Source: Catajapyx aquilonaris
Taxonomy: Eukaryota
Assembly (NCBI GenBank): GCA_000934665.2
Contig: KZ538699.1
Span: 1-64,000, forward strand
Reading direction: 5' to 3'
Length of the DNA stretch: 64,000 bases
The notes below the pieces were generated by a model, which had not been told where the DNA came from, did no database searches, and saw only the letters and a program-made list of their open reading frames with translations. Positions 36,649 to 51,500 of this stretch are shown in pieces. Every line of letters starts with the position of its first letter. The stretch's first letter is position 1. A program made the position numbers and the translations under genes.

Positions 36649-38789
36649 GGTAATCATGCGAGCCAGGAATGTGTCAAGTGCAGGTAACCAACCGGACTGC
36701 GCTGCCAGCAGATGCTGCTGATTGCATCGGGATAGGCTGTCTATTTTTAAGGGACTTATACGCCATCCAGGACTATTTATACGCCAAATTGCAACAGGTG
36801 CAAGGGGCAAAGGGAATTTGTTGCAGCGTGTAGGGGGTGCAGCATCCGGATTTATTTATAGGGAAGCGCAGGATTCAGAGTGTTTGAGTTGGCACAGGTG
36901 GGGACGTGCTGCGGTGCATGCATTTAAGACCACCTCCGTGCAATTTCTGGCCCGTTTGCAAAGGCGAGGGAAGTGGACTTGATGTATGGGACCCTCTTCC
37001 CCTGTTTCATAAGAGGACAATGAACCGCGGCACAATGCAAATGGGTCACCGTCGTCTTGGGCTGTCACTGCGAATGGGACTGTGACAATGCGCCCAGGGT
37101 GAATAGTTGTTTTTATTTACCTGGCAGGTGCATGGTGTGAGTTATATAAGGACTTATTTTTGATAGGTGTAGGGGGGACCATTTTGTCATGTCAGGAGCA
37201 TGTAGGTGGGCTAATCTTTTTTCAAACCCTCCCACATCATCCCCCACCCACCCTCCAGGCTCTCTCCCTCCCCTACCTCCAACCCAAATTCTGTGACGTC
37301 AGTCCCACTTTTCTGCCATGGATGTAGCGGGCTCAAAACTTCAGTATGACTGTTGAGCCCATGTGTGACAGTTGTAGCGCGTGAGTTGTGTGGTGGGAGC
37401 GAAGGTGTCATCTCCTGCTACTGCCAGGTATGGTTGGGTACTTTGTGGGTTGTGTAAGGGCAAATAAAATATTTTCAGGATTCCAAATAAAACAGTGACG
37501 TAAAGGGAATTGTTTAAAAAAATTTATTTTTTCAGTTAAGTTGGCTGTAGAAGGTACCTGCAAATTAGTGCACTCTCTCTGAATTTTGAGTAGTGTTTAC
37601 ATAAATGGCTTGCGTAATGCAGACCTAGATTGTAGTGTATACTCATAGACATATAGTGAGATGCAGGAGATACATGATAGCGAAGGTGGAATGAACTGGG
37701 TTAGTTCTCTCAACCTATAATCAACCTATAATTATAAGTATGGTACTTGTACAGTACATGGTGTGAATTGTTGAAAATTGTTGTGATCAGAAAAAATATA
37801 CAGAATTAGTATGAGTGTCATGACAAAAGCAGAAGATAAGCAAATGGTAAGTGTGTAATATTCGTTCATGAAACTTTCTAGGAAACAATTTCCTGCTCAC
37901 TGCAACGCTTAAAATTCATTGACATTTAAGTAATAATTAATAAGGTTAATAAGATCCCTTCTGGCACAACTAAACTGTTTCAGTGATGCATACATATTTT
38001 ACAAATAGTTAGTTGAAGAATATACTTCAATTGGATTTTTGCAGTTTCTTGTTACCAGATGCTCACCTAGGTACAAATAATTGAACTGATTTGTTTAAGT
38101 GAAAGTAAAGTATTGCATACGAAATCACATGAGCCACCTTTTGTACACAACATAATTTGTGAACTGCATCATAATCGTGTGGTCTTTGTGGACTTTGGCA
38201 ATAACGCGTAGTTTAAAGAAACATGATAAAACACTGAGTGTGGCAGGGCTAATATTGAAACAATAAGTTCCCTTCTCATGACTCACATTTGGGAAAAAGC
38301 CTCAGTTTTGTGAGCTGGAAGAAATAACATAACAAATGTGGCACCAGGCAGCTTATCCTTGCAATGTGGAATGTTGTTTGGAGCCAGAGTTGTGCTGCAT
38401 GCATGGTATGGGACATACATTTAGCCCATGGTCAAAGGCAAGGCCACCAGAAGAGACACATAAACTGAAAAATAGTGGTGTAGAACTAAAATTTACAGAG
38501 CTTAAAATGCCAGTCAGTATAATATACTGGTGTGGCCTCGGCTGACTGGGTGGTTTGGCTGCGAAATGGGAAGGGGATGGGAGAGAGGCGTGCGGAAAAT
38601 AACTGTGCTTAAGTCATGTCCTCTTGGTACAGTGGTGGGAAGTGACAAGGCATGCATTCAGACAAGAAAAAGCAATTTGCCAGATTGAAATTCTTGAAAG
38701 TGTGGCAGGTCGAATTTACTGCCCATCTACACTGGCATGTAATGAACAATCTAACAGAGCATTCTGTATTTTTTCCCCCCCCAGGAGAC

Positions 38790-41700
38790 ATGTCTTTCCC
38801 CAACAAAGAAGAGAGGCAGAGATGTTGGGATTCCCGTGACAAATTTTGGGACTGTCTGGACGCCCAAAACGATAATAAGGACAAGTGCAAGGAGTTACGG
38901 AATCTGTACGAAGTAGCCTGCCCCAGCCAGTGGGTACGTCAAAGGTGTTCTATTAAAAACAGGCGATTAAGTCATTCCTAATCATCCGAGGCATGATCCC
39001 TGCCTTATTTTTTGGCTCTTTGCAAGCTCTTGAGCCATTTCAGTTTCGTTGGCAACTAATAGACCAGTACAGATTGCTTGTCACACCTGACCTTGATTTT
39101 GAGGGCAGGGGAGAGTAGGCGGAGGGGTAGACACTCGCTGTCACCATTGGGGAGTTAATGCTGGGGCTAAATGCCAGATATATGTTGGCAACCAGATCTG
39201 ACTTTTCAGCACAAGTAACTGGAGGGGTCTCCCAACTGTTTCCCACTATTTGGTTGGCAACATTATTGAGTAGGGGTTACGCTGCGCTTCTCACGAGTTT
39301 TGAAATTTGCTTTGCCTATTTTTTCCATCCGCCAAATTAGGAGTGATTGGAAAAGAGTAGTGCGTAAATGCCAGGTAGTGGGAGTATGTTGCTGGCTCAG
39401 GTGGATGCAACTCTTTATCTGCGCCTCTTTAAGGAGTAATCTTGGCCATCTTCCCCCCTCCACTTCCCAATTTAGTGCTTCTGGCATTGCCTCCTAAGTC
39501 TTAATATTACACCTGCTGTTCATTCCTCATATGGAATGGGTAGAAGGTAACCTGTTACATGACATGCCGATCATGCGATATGTCTGAGGCAGGAAAGAAA
39601 ATGATGAGATTTTTGTACAGATACAATACCATTTATGCAACGTCGTTTTGGCATCTATGCCATAGACTGCAGGATACCAAAGCACATGTCTTTATATGGT
39701 TACATAACACTTTGGTCAAACAATTTTTGTCCAAAGACTCTCATTCCGTGAAATTTTATGTGAATACCTTCTTGAATAATTATTGTCCTGCATACATTAG
39801 TGTTTGAAGTGACACTTTGTAAAGCCTTTCACCCAAAGACATCATTTTCCAAACTTTTTGTTATGTAGAATTCTTGTTCAACATACGAGGGTCAGTCGGA
39901 AAGTAAGTTTCATGATGCTACAGTTTTGGCGCCATACGACGGACTGGGTAAAGACCAGCATGGACAGAGACGTTGATCCGTCCTCTACTTTACAGGTAGG
40001 TGCCTTCTTGCACCTTATGCACAGGCACAGCAACCATCAGATGAGAGTGATTGGAGAGCTGAGGGTGCCCGCCCATATGTCACCAGAAGTCATGGCAGAG
40101 AGAGTGTTGGTCACATGGACAAAGGCAGCAGTTAGGACACTTGAGGACAGTGTCGGTAATTGTCTTGGGCGGTAGTCTAGGACTCTAGGTCTCTGGTTGT
40201 CCGTCACTCTCGCAAGCTTATTTCGGAATTGCCGCACCATTTGCTCAGACATGACATCTCCGGACCATACATTCCACTAGCCAGCGATGAATGTTGTATG
40301 GCATATGTCAAATGTCGACCACTGGTACTGGAAATCTGCGATCACTTTTGTCTTAGTCCATGTGACCAACACTCTCTGTCTGGCATGACTTCTCCAGGAG
40401 GCATATGGGCAGGCACGCTCTGCCAGCCACTCGGTCAGACTCGGTCTCGTCTGACAGCTGCCGTACCTGTGCATAAGGTGCAAGAAGACACCTACCCATC
40501 TTATAAAGTAGAGTAGAGGAAGGATCAACGTATCTGCCCATGGTTGCCCAGGTCCATCGCATGGCGTCGAAACTGTAGCATCGCGAAGCTTACTTTCTGA
40601 CAGACCCTCGTACATTTCAGTTTTCTCCACAACATTTTGTAATTGGGTACTGTAAAAAAGAAAATTTCATCAGGCAAAACAGCTGCAAATGAAAATTTTA
40701 GGACAAAGTGTGACTATATGGACGAAAAGGATACTGGATGCAAATTCCATTGGATGAAAAATGTCTTTGGACGAAAATGGTTCAGGCAAACTGGTAAGAT
40801 ACTGCTTCTATTCCAGTTGTGCAAAGCACATAAAGATCGGGGATTTTTTTGAGAAGTAGAAAGTAGGGTGACTCGAATGTAAAAGGAGAAAAGATGCCAG
40901 TGGGGCAGTGCGTAATCTGGCTACCATCACAACATAGAGAAACTCTGTCTGAGAATTTGGATTGGCGCCTCTACCCCTTTTATTCTTATTTGTTTAAGGA
41001 AGTGAGCAGGTGTCTCATTAGTCTGGGAGCGAAGGTTGTCCCAAAGGGTTTATAGTGTTCTATGAAAAGCGGAAGCAAAGTCTGGCGCCTACTGCTGGGC
41101 AGGCGCCTCAACCCCTCCCCAGAAATAGTAACTGCGGGGCCAGTGGGCTGTCCAGAAGAGGAGAGTAATGACGGAGGAACGGCCGACTGAGAGGGACCAA
41201 AATAATCAGCCCACGTGCCGTGTTGTGTTGCAGGGAGACTAGGCCAACACTGGAATTCAGCCCAAGAAAGACCAAGTGAAAAACAAGGGGTAATAAAAAC
41301 ATGGAAAGCCAGTGGAAAAAAAAGGAGGAGACAAAAATATTTCGTAGTCAAAGCAAAACTTTGGCTGTCTCACACCTTGTCAGAAGGTTAAAAAAGATGC
41401 TGGCAAAGATCAAAGGGGTCGCAACACTTTTTTTGGGGGCCACAAGTCTCAGACCTGCCTTTTGTCCACCTGATTTGTTGTGTTAATTATGCAGTATTGT
41501 TTACCTGAAGTGTTTCTTTATTTCGACACCGGCACATCATTCAAGCGCTTTGTCGGTGAAATCACACCGTAAATAACTTGGGCATGGTGACGCTTGGTAT
41601 GCAAAGTGGGTGGTCCCCAGTTTATTGTACTAGCAGAAATATACAGGTGCCTACGGTTGCAGTCCAGAAATAATCAAACTGCCACTCAAAAGGTGTGGGC

Positions 41701-42258
41701 ACAAATGAGGAGCATCTTCCGAGTGTGACAGCTGTAATCCTGGCTTGACTCCAAGTCTGAGACCCATCATCCATTCACCCAGCTAGACTGAGCCGAACCA
41801 GTTGCTAATTAATTGCCCACTGGGAGGTGACAGGAGAGAACTTCTGTCGCTCAGTCACAAACAGTGACCTCCAGATAATTTATTTGTCTTTTCTATATTT
41901 AGCCCAGTTGTTTACCCTCACAGCATCAGTGCCTGGTCCCACCTGGGTGTTGAGCCCTGCCTCGAAGGGAGACTAATGGCTTCAAAGCACATGTAGATTA
42001 TATGGGAAGTTATTCCTACGTACCCCCTGCACTTGCATTAATGTGGGATTGCAGTTGAGAATAGTGCAGATGTGTACGATATGTCCATATTGATAGAGGT
42101 CATTTGAAAAAGTCGGCTATGTCAGACCTGTACCACCCTCTGCTCTTGTACCTTTGCAGGTGAAGCACTTTGACAGGAAGAGGAGCTACCTTAAGTTCAA
42201 GGACAAGATCCAGAATGAAGGGTATGAACCAGTTGATGGCAAGAAGCACAAGTTGTGA
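38790..42258 (+). CDS. COA6: Cytochrome c oxidase assembly factor 6 (80 aa, 2 coding exons)
   Basis: Exons 38790-38933 and 42160-42258 give MSFPNKEERQRCWDSRDKFWDCLD..CKELRNLYEVACPSQW|VKHFDRKRSYLKFKDKI..GYEP, with the Cx9C..Cx10C pattern. Confidence 0.95.
39886..40610. mobile_element. mariner-type MITE with long imperfect inverted arms in the COA6 intron
   Basis: TA|CGAGGGTCAGTCGGAAAGTAAG...CTTACTTTCTGACAGACCCTCG|TA. The arms remain alignable for about 250 bp. Confidence 0.85.
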
Positions 42259-42954
42259 GAGTGGACTGAAACATATATATTTGGGAATGCTACGCCTAAC
42301 TTTGTAGATCTGTGTATATAGGCATCCTAAATACTAATTCAACCAATCCCAGGGTATGCGCCATATAATAAAATGCAAATTTTTTTTTGCTGTATTTTTG
42401 CTCAAGCTACCTTTCATATTGTGTGGCCCCTTTAAGTGATCTTTGCCCGCTGCAGAATCCCAAGCACGACTCAGCCTCAGCTGCTTTCATCTTGTCCATC
42501 ACTGGCAGTGCAGCAACTGAGCCGGCAGCAACGAGCCTACCGTCGGGAGGTGGTCACCTAGCAACCAGGCGTTGGAAGCACTCTTCATGCCAATCCCCCC
42601 CAAATGTGTTTTTGCTGGGTAGATTAGGTCTTAGAGCAGAGGACAGGCCTTCAGGTAGAGCAACATGCACTCTTAATAGCTTACATTCCTAGATAGAGCA
42701 TCCTACAGAACCAAATTATTGAACCATGTTTGGTACAGTTAAGGGCAAAAGGTGCCAGCCAAAATGTGGATTCTAAGAAAGTAGCTACAGCACTGTGTGG
42801 TCTTCATTTTGTTGAAATACTAACCTGTAGAGAAGAGTCAAAATATTGTTTGGTTTTAATCAAGGGGTCTGACATATGTGAAATCTCGCAATCAAAATTT
42901 AAAAATACAGGAAATTTGTGTGGTGGGGACGTTGTAGAATTTGTGGATATTATA

Positions 42955-43378
42955 CAGGGTGTATCTGAACTCAGTGCCCCGACGTGTATGACTGCCTTCC
43001 TAGCCACCAGAGGATCTTTTTAAGTATAGGAATCATTATGTTTGGCCGCCGCATTACGGAGATAATTGGCCGCAAACATGTAGTACAAAATATCCTGTCG
43101 GTTAGGCCACCCATCGAACCCTCCCCCAGTCAGAAGGCTCTGGAAGGTCTGGGGGCCGGACTTTGTTGGTTTGTTGCCCACAGGTGGTAAGGACTCTTTG
43201 GCTAGTTACACCAGAAAATTCTATTTAAAAGTCAGAAGGAGCGATTAGGCAAAAATCGCTAAAGAGTGTATCTCAGTAATGAGGCTGCCCAGACATATGA
43301 CTCCTATACTTAAATCGATCCTCTGGTGGCTAGGAAGGCAGTCATATACGTCGGGGCACTGAGTTCAGATACACCCTG
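42955..43378. mobile_element. Tc1/mariner-type MITE
   Basis: TA|CAGGGTGTATCTGAACTCAGTGCCCCGACG...CGTCGGGGCACTGAGTTCAGATACACCCTG|TA, with near-perfect TIRs of about 60 bp. Confidence 0.88.
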
Positions 43379-44813
43379 TAGATATGGATGGATATAGATC
43401 TGCTGCTGCCTAGTTTCATAGAAACTGCTACAACCTTTTGCAAGTAGTTGTACAACAAATGTACTGGGGTCCACAATATTCATGATACTGCTGACAGTAT
43501 GTAGTGACATTTGGGTACAGTATTTATTTGCTTGAAGGCCTGAGGGATTTGCTCTGATATGACCTTTTGATACGCACAATTGCTTTCCTTTCTGTTTGTT
43601 TTGCTCCTCTTGTTAATGCATTGCTGGCAATGCTGTTTATTCATCCCACAATTTTCCTAGTACAAAGTTATTTAATCAACCAAACAATCAGGGTGTAGCA
43701 ATGCATCTTAAACAAAGTCTTATGTTTTCATAAGGGGAATCTTAACCCTGTGTATGGTATTCAAATCTGTACAGTGCTGGTGTAGCTCGGCCTGTCCACT
43801 TTGGCACTGTCTTGGTGAATGTGATTGGAAAGCCTCTACTTAAAAATATATTTCTCATGCAAATCTGCCATTTAAAAAGGGTATTCAAGATGCTGAGATT
43901 GCCATTCATGTGACAGCGGGGATTTCTGGCTTTGCCTCATTGTGGAGCAAATATGTAGGATTTCCACCAAGTGACTTTTTAGACAACCTGTTGCTAATCC
44001 CTGCAAATAGCATGTTCATCTCTTCTATCTAGCTCGGTCCATCTCTTTTACCGACTACACCAGTGTCAGGCATGTCCGGTAATTCCAATCAACACTAGTG
44101 GCAAAGGAGGCACACCCTTTTTCATGTGGTTTTAAATTGGCTGCAACATGTCAGCCTATTTGTACAGCTGTCAATTACCCAAATTCTTCTATGGCAAAAC
44201 CTGCTGGCTCAGTCCAGTCCCGTGACGGATGTAAAATCCATTCTTGCCAGATATGACGCAACAATTGGCATCCTCCTTTAGCATCGACGTTTCTTGCAAT
44301 GCTCAGCATAAAAGGTCCCACATGCGAATAGGTAATTTGACACACAATTATATAAAAATGGCGGTGTTAATGTAATGCCACAAATTAACAGCATTTGACT
44401 GTATCGCCACTGAATTGAATAAAATCAGATATCAATTTACATTTTGCCATCCCTATACTGCCCAGCACTGTGCTTCCTGCAGGTAACACACGCAATTATT
44501 TAAATGCTGCATACAGAATTGCCGTAATTATATTTAAATAACATTATCGTAATTGATCGTAATGAATACATTCATGAGCAGTTATGGCTACACAAATAGC
44601 AGTGATTATGAGCAGCGATGTGTTTTTCGGTCCGATTGCTTCAGTGCTTCCCACTGGCGGCAGTGCCCGTCATTACGAGAGAGAAAAAAAAAGTGCAAAC
44701 GAACTTGAAGAGAGCAAGAGACAGGTGCAGCTGAGGGGAATGAACGTGGGCTGCTGCCACAGCTCAACCGGCATCGAATCCCAGCCAGGACGGTGCAGAT
44801 CGTGAGCTCAAGG

Positions 44814-46156
44814 ATGCTGACCAAGCACCGCAAGTTCATCTTCTGTGGTGGGGTCGCCTTCGTGCTCATCTTCGTGGCCCTCAGGAGAAGAGGCTCCTCC
44901 ACAGGTATGCAGCAGGTGCACAGGTCATCATCTCGAAACAAGGTGGTGACGCATTCTTTCTTCGCAGGGGATGAGGTGGACCAGAGGCGTTACGTGGATG
45001 AGGAGCACATGAGGAGGGAACTCGCACACATTCAGCAGCAGGTATGGAGGAGAGAGTCGGTCGAGAGGTGGGGGTCAAATAGACTAATTGATGCTCTTTA
45101 CAGTTGGGTCGGATCAAGAGGTTGGCCCTCAAGTGTGGGGAGCTTCCGGCAGAGTCGTATCGAGGCATACCGGCCATCTACGCAATAACGCCCACTCATT
45201 CGAGGCCACAGCAGAAGGCAGAACTGACCCGGCTTTCCCAGACGCTCAGCCTGGTGGCAAAGATGCATTGGATTGTCGTTGAGGATGCTGGCAGCAAGAG
45301 CAAGGTTGTGGCCAAACTTCTGGCCGAGAGTGGGGTTGCATATACACATCTTCATGCGGAAACCCCGAAAGACTGGAAACTTAAGGAGAAGGTACAGAAT
45401 TAGGGTGCCTTAAAAGTCGCACATTATAATCTGTGGGTTTCAGCTGGCATTGACATTAGTGATGGTGGCAGCTAAGTTAAGGCTGAATCAGCTGTGTACC
45501 AAATCGCCCAGCTCATGTAATTAAGACTAATGAGGATATTTAAAATTTTTAGGATCCTAATTGGATAAAACCTCGTGGTGTACTGCAACGCAACACAGCC
45601 CTTCAGTGGTTGAGGGAACACTTGGACCCAGCTCAGGATACTGGTGTGGTGTACTTTGCAGATGATGATAACACATACTCGCTGAAACTGTTTGATGAGA
45701 TGAGATGGATCAAGGGAGTTGGAGTGTGGCCTGTTGGGCTTGTGGGTGGACTCATGGTGGAGAGGCCAAAGCTTGACTCAAAGGGTAAAGTGTCAGGATG
45801 GCTGGCGGGATGGAGGCCTGAACGCCCATTTGCAATAGACATGGCTGGATTTGCAGTCAATGTGGGACTATTGCTTAGTCGGCCAAAGGCAAAGTTCTCG
45901 TTTGAGGTTGAGCGGGGTTATCAGGAATCAGAACTTCTAAAAAACTTGGTCACCTTGGACCAACTCGAAGTAAAGGCTGGAAACTGCACACAGGTAAGTG
46001 CAAAAGCACTGGGTTCTTGACATTTAATGATTGACAATTATTGTATCTACTTTTAAGGTATACGTGTGGCACACAAGAACTGAAGCACCAAAGCTAAAGC
46101 AAGAAGAAGCATGGAAAAAAGCTGGGCATCCATCTAATGTTGGGATCGAAGTGTGA
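44814..46156 (+). CDS. GlcAT-I: Galactosylgalactosylxylosylprotein 3-beta-glucuronosyltransferase I (GT43), about 330 aa, 5 exons
   Basis: Exons 44814-44904, 44968-45041, 45104-45391, 45553-45993 and 46058-46156. Type II TM anchor and motifs IYAITPT..QKAELTRL, HWIVVED, DPNWIKPRGVLQRN, YFADDDNTY, IDMAGFAVN and VWHTRTE. Confidence 0.95.
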
Positions 46157-46314
46157 TGGCAGACACTAGTGACAGGTGAAGTGAAATATTTTTTACAGCA
46201 GTGCATTTTGAGTGCATTATTTTCGTGCAATATTTTGTGCATAGTGCCACATGCACATGCTGACTTGAAGTTGCTTCAACAAACAGTGCTTCTTTTTTGG
46301 AAATGAGACTATTA

Positions 46315-46482
46315 AGACCCATTTACATTGTGCCACTGCTAACAAAACACAAGTGAGGCCTGCCAATCAGCATGGAGATTGTTCTGCCAACTGTTACTAT
46401 CTGCATGTTGTGTTGGGCCAATCTCCACTCTCATTGGTACGTTCTTGTGTTTCACTAGCAGTGACCTGGTGTAAATGGGCCT
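46315..46482. mobile_element. Degenerate Harbinger-like MITE 3' of GlcAT-I
   Basis: agacccatttaca..cactgcta..aaacacaag pairs with cttgtgttt..tagcagtg..tgtaaatgggcct. The target duplication is imperfect. Confidence 0.5.
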
Positions 46483-47212
46483 TTGGGGACTGGTGACTGG
46501 CATTGGTGATGAGTGTGGACTTGGTAGGTGGACTGGGCTGCAAATACCTACTGGAGCATCTCAGTCATCGTTAAGAGTGTAATATTGTCTCATTACAGGT
46601 AATGGTTGTAGCCTATTCTTTCAGGTGCACCACAAATGCTAAAGAGATTTTGAAATGTCACAACTAACTTACAGTCTAGAGCAGTGTTTCTGAAACCTTG
46701 GTCCATTGCCATTTAGTGGACTGAACTTGTGAGTAAAAATCTGTTGTTATACCTGATCAAATGCGACTATGTGCAGACACTGATTCACTAACAGTCCGTT
46801 CCATGTGGTTGTGGAAAAATATGGTTCCTGTGAAATAGGAGCCTGATTAGGGCAAAATAGTGTGGGTGATGTGTCGATGCAAAGAAACAGAGATTATTCT
46901 ATGTTAACAGTATAGCCAGTGAGAATTTAGTAGCCTTTTATAAAATGTCTTTTCGATACTTTTTCTATTTTGGTAATTGAATTGTGAAAGAGGGTCAGTT
47001 CATAAATACACACATGTTTCAGTATTTGGTACTTGGAATTTATGCTGTTTCTAGTTTTTCTTTTGTGAAGTTTGAATACAGTCCGCAATAGAAGATTATT
47101 AGTTCCCTGATGTTTGCAGGTAATTAGATGTTGTTACGCGATTGGGAGGGCCCTCTCCTAGTGTGGACCTAGTGGTCCAGATTTCACGAAAATTTATTTG
47201 TAGGGTCCCTGG

Positions 47213-47224
<12 letters not shown>

Positions 47225-47259
<35 letters not shown>
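47225..47259. repeat. (GA)n microsatellite preceded by (GT)n
   Basis: Directly visible. Confidence 0.95.
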
Positions 47260-47261
<2 letters not shown>

Positions 47262-48534
47262 GGAGAGGTGGACAGAAGGGGCTATAGTCCAGGTCAGTGA
47301 CAGTGGCTTAGACTTGGAAAAATGGAGAGAAATGCTACAAAAATTATTTATTTTAATAGGAGAGAGAAAATGGATATTGGGCATCTGTGCAGGGTTTGCT
47401 ACTCCCATTCCTGTAGTTTTCTTTTCAGATAGGTACCAGTAATGTAAGGCTGGGTACAAACTAGGTTATATGGCGACATTGGGCTGAAGGGTTCCCTATC
47501 CCCATCCATCACAGTAGCATTGCCATTTTCCAATTCAAGCACTGCTTGAATTTCAATTCAAATTGCATAGGTGTAGCTACAACTTCCAGGAATTATTATA
47601 TTCCTCCCACTGCAACATCCAAAATGGCACTACACAGGGTGAAATGGACAAAAAATTAGGATGTGAATTGATCTATGGCTGGGTGCAAACTAGGCAGTAG
47701 GTGACGATGACAGGTGTGTATGTGCATTGCATTTCTGAAGCTTTTCAGCATGATATCACATCACCTTGTTTGTGATGGGCCTAAGGGATGATTTGAGCTA
47801 CATTGGTGCAGTTAGCATGTATCACTTGGTTCCAGCTTTCAGATTCATCATCCGGAAGAAATCAGTAATGAATAGAGCTGGTAGGTGCCACACGTGGGTG
47901 CCACATGTGGGTGCCACATAGAGGGATTAATTATTTAGAGGAGGCATGAATGGATTTCTCCTAGGAAAGAAAGCAAAACAAGTTAATTGTAAAGCTCTAA
48001 TTAATGCAAGAAAGTGAAGACTCATTATGCTAAATTAACATGAGTTCATAGGCAATTTCCCTTGATATCCATCCATCGATCTTCCGTTGATGCTTAGATT
48101 ACCTGAAGATGGCCTTCGTGTTACTAGAAATATATAAGGTCAAAAATGTGTGCCAGCACTTAGATGCATGACATTTATTTAATTAATTACAAATTTTAAG
48201 TACACAGGCTTTACAGTGAAATTAATCCATTGTATAATACTCTATCAACAACCTGATAACAATATATAAATTTTTACATTCTGCACTATAACTCACTACC
48301 TTTTGGATGTCAGCAATATATGCAGATTGTTACTATTTTTCTACATGCAATAGATAATGAGTATTAAGTTGGCAGCATGGAATTATTTTGTACTACTATT
48401 TGGCAAAATAATCTGCATTAACATGAATATAAACTGTTTTCAAGACATGATTGATATGTTGGGTTAGCTTGCATCTCCCTTCATCGCTGACTACCCCTCA
48501 TAGGGAAATGTCGTGATGTTGTTGTTGTTGTTGT

Positions 48535-51500
48535 TCAAGACATGAGGTTGGAGATAATCCTGGATTTGAAGGATTTCCTCCTTGTTGCTTGACTGAGAGA
48601 TTCTTCATCCAGGAGTTCAGGGCCGATGTCATCAACATCAATCTCATTCTCAAACATGCGGTGAAGCAGTCGTTCCAGATTGTAATGACCTGTAAACAGT
48701 TAGATTGATGTTATGGTTCTTTCATAAGTTGCAATGTCAGTTCGTACGGCTTGTTATGTAGAATCTAATGTCTGTCTGCTTGGACATATCAGGTAACATG
48801 GTGGTTGGCACTGCCATTTCTGGATCCATTTGACGGGTGTCATGGTCAGCATCTACTTCGTCCCCTTCCATGTTGGAAACCAGTTCCTCTGAGTCATCTG
48901 TGGATTTCTTCAGAGGCTTGCTGTAAAGGTTGGTATTTAACAAAATTTTATACTGCATAATTTTGGTATAGTGTATTCGGGACAATGTGCTTACCTTCCC
49001 AGTCCTAATCCCATTTCATTCAGCTTCACCTCAACTGCATTCTCGTAACGACCTTTGGATAAGGTGTACTTCAGCAGGAAGACTTCTAAGACAAATGCAG
49101 TGAATATGCTGCAACAAATTAATTGCAATGAAACAGTGTTACACGTGTAACATATAAAATTGGTTTCAATCTCACTTTAGTATTATGACGACACAGCTTA
49201 TGTGGAACGTGAAGAAGTAGATCCGTGCGAATGTACTGGTCACCTTCACAAATCCTGCTGTTATCAGTGGTCAATTGTTAAGGTGCAATATTTTTAATAG
49301 ACAAAATTTAATTGCTGTATTTAAAGATTGTACAAAAGGATATCATGCCATTGATTAACTACTGTCAGTGTGAACATAAGCATCATTGCTTGAAGTATAT
49401 CATTGAAGTTGTTGCTGCAGTAGTGAAGTCTCCAGAACTCTGTTCCATTTAGGTTAGAATTGCCACAGAATAGGTCATGTTCATCCATAATGCTGGTGTT
49501 ATAGCCACGATTGGCCACAAGTCCATTGAATAGTTCCATTCCAATGATGGCATACATGTAGTAGAATACCTGCATCAATATGATCAATTTTTATTCCATG
49601 TTGGTAATCCAAAGTACTTCTTCACTTACCAAAACGACACCACCATAGAGGATAATGGAAGGTCCTAATGCCAAGATAGTTTCAACGATGACTTGAAAGC
49701 GCTCGATGCTACCCATTATTTTCACCAAGCGGAGAACCCTGAGCACCAGAAGGACATCCAGAGAAACGCGGCTTCCATGATCTGAGCAAGCAAGGTGTAA
49801 AATTACTTTTGAAATATTGCTATTGTACTTGGATCACTTTACCGTGGTGCTGGATTTCTTCAGCTAAGGCAATGATAAAAGCTGAGCCTATTACAAAAAA
49901 ATCGAATCTGCAAAGAGTACACATTGGATTTATTAATAATTGCTAGGGGAAGCAATGCAAATATGTATGGTCCTTATTGAATAACAGGGTCACGTTCTAG
50001 CAGTTGCATGAAAGTACGCAATGAGAAGCCAAAAAGCAAGTGGTGAATAGTCCAATCATTTGAAATAAATTATTACACGCAATGAAGGTGGCTCAAATAC
50101 AAATCTTTCAGCTGTAAATACAGCTAACCATTAAATTACAGAATAGGAAGAAGTCATGAATGACTACACGACAAGGCTTCCCCATACTTACATGTTCCAG
50201 AAGCGCTTGAAGAACTCACGGCCCCCAAATGAGTAGAATTTCAGGATAATTTCCAACATGAAGATTGTAAGGAAAAACCATTCTGCGGCATCCAAGTCCA
50301 GAGCAATGAAAATTGCATTCATTACTATGATGCTGTCAAACAGGTATCTGAAGTACCTGCAGTTTGATAAGACACGTCAGTGAAAATGCAGAATGCGAAT
50401 TTAAAATATCTCAGCCATCCCACCTGTGCCTAACACACTTCCTGATGAGTTTTGAGGTGTCTGAGTTATACATGTTTGGGAAGAATTTTTCTATTAAGGT
50501 AGTTCGGTCACGCACTTCTGACAGCTCCACATTAAGCAATCCTTCCAACTGCAGAAACTCAGCCTTGCCTGTGAGAATTGTATTTCAAAATGAGGTGACA
50601 CTTTGATGTTATCCCCACATACCTATGTAATCCTCTTGGGTTGAGTTCAGTACCACCCACAATACATTCTGATACATTTGATCTTGCTCAGGAAGGATCC
50701 TGTCAATCAAGGCATGAAATCTGTCTCTTAAAAGCACTCTCTTTCCTTGAACAGCTTCACTTAGAATATCAAATGCGTTAGATAACTGCCTCCTCTTTCG
50801 GTACACACTCTTGATTACTTCATTCTGTAAAGGATTGCATTGTAAAATTGTTTCTTTGGTAAGACATAGTTTGACCCACTTTCAAGTGCTTCCGGAAGTT
50901 GTTGTACACCACAGCCAGGATAATGCTCATGAAAATATAAAGACTAATGATGAGGAATAGTACAAAGAATATAGCAAACCATCGGCTGAGATCATAGGCA
51001 GGAATCCTGAAATCAGTTTCATCATTAGTAAATGTGGCTGTAATTGTTCCAAGTAATAAGTGAAGCATTTATTACGCACATGACATCTGGGCTATTTGCA
51101 GTGGTCACAAACACATAGAGGTCAAATAAACTATCGCCAAAAGAATCAAAGTAGGAGTTCCCATTGGGATAGTGCAGATTCCTAAAGGGTGAGTTACGTA
51201 GCATTAGTAATGTCTGAGGCACAGTACCAGTACATGAACTTCATACCTCTTGCTGAACAGCTTGAAAGCCATCAGTGAAAATATAGCAAGGGTCAAGAAG
51301 AATAGCACCAAGACATTAATGATGTCTGGCAAGGTCCTTTGGATGTTCCTTAGTGTCCTCCGAATATGTTTCCCTTCCGGCACGCACGTTACAAATAATG
51401 GCCGCAGAGTACGAGACCACCTACATCATTTGCCACAGGTTAATCACTGAGTTGGTTTAATATTAATACATGAGTTAGCATGCTAGTAGCGGTGTCTCAT

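Noticed and set aside
39858..40630. Mirror-image ORF pairs on opposite strands (also 42730-43579)
   Set aside because: They are explained by the inverted arms of MITEs and show no transposase motifs.
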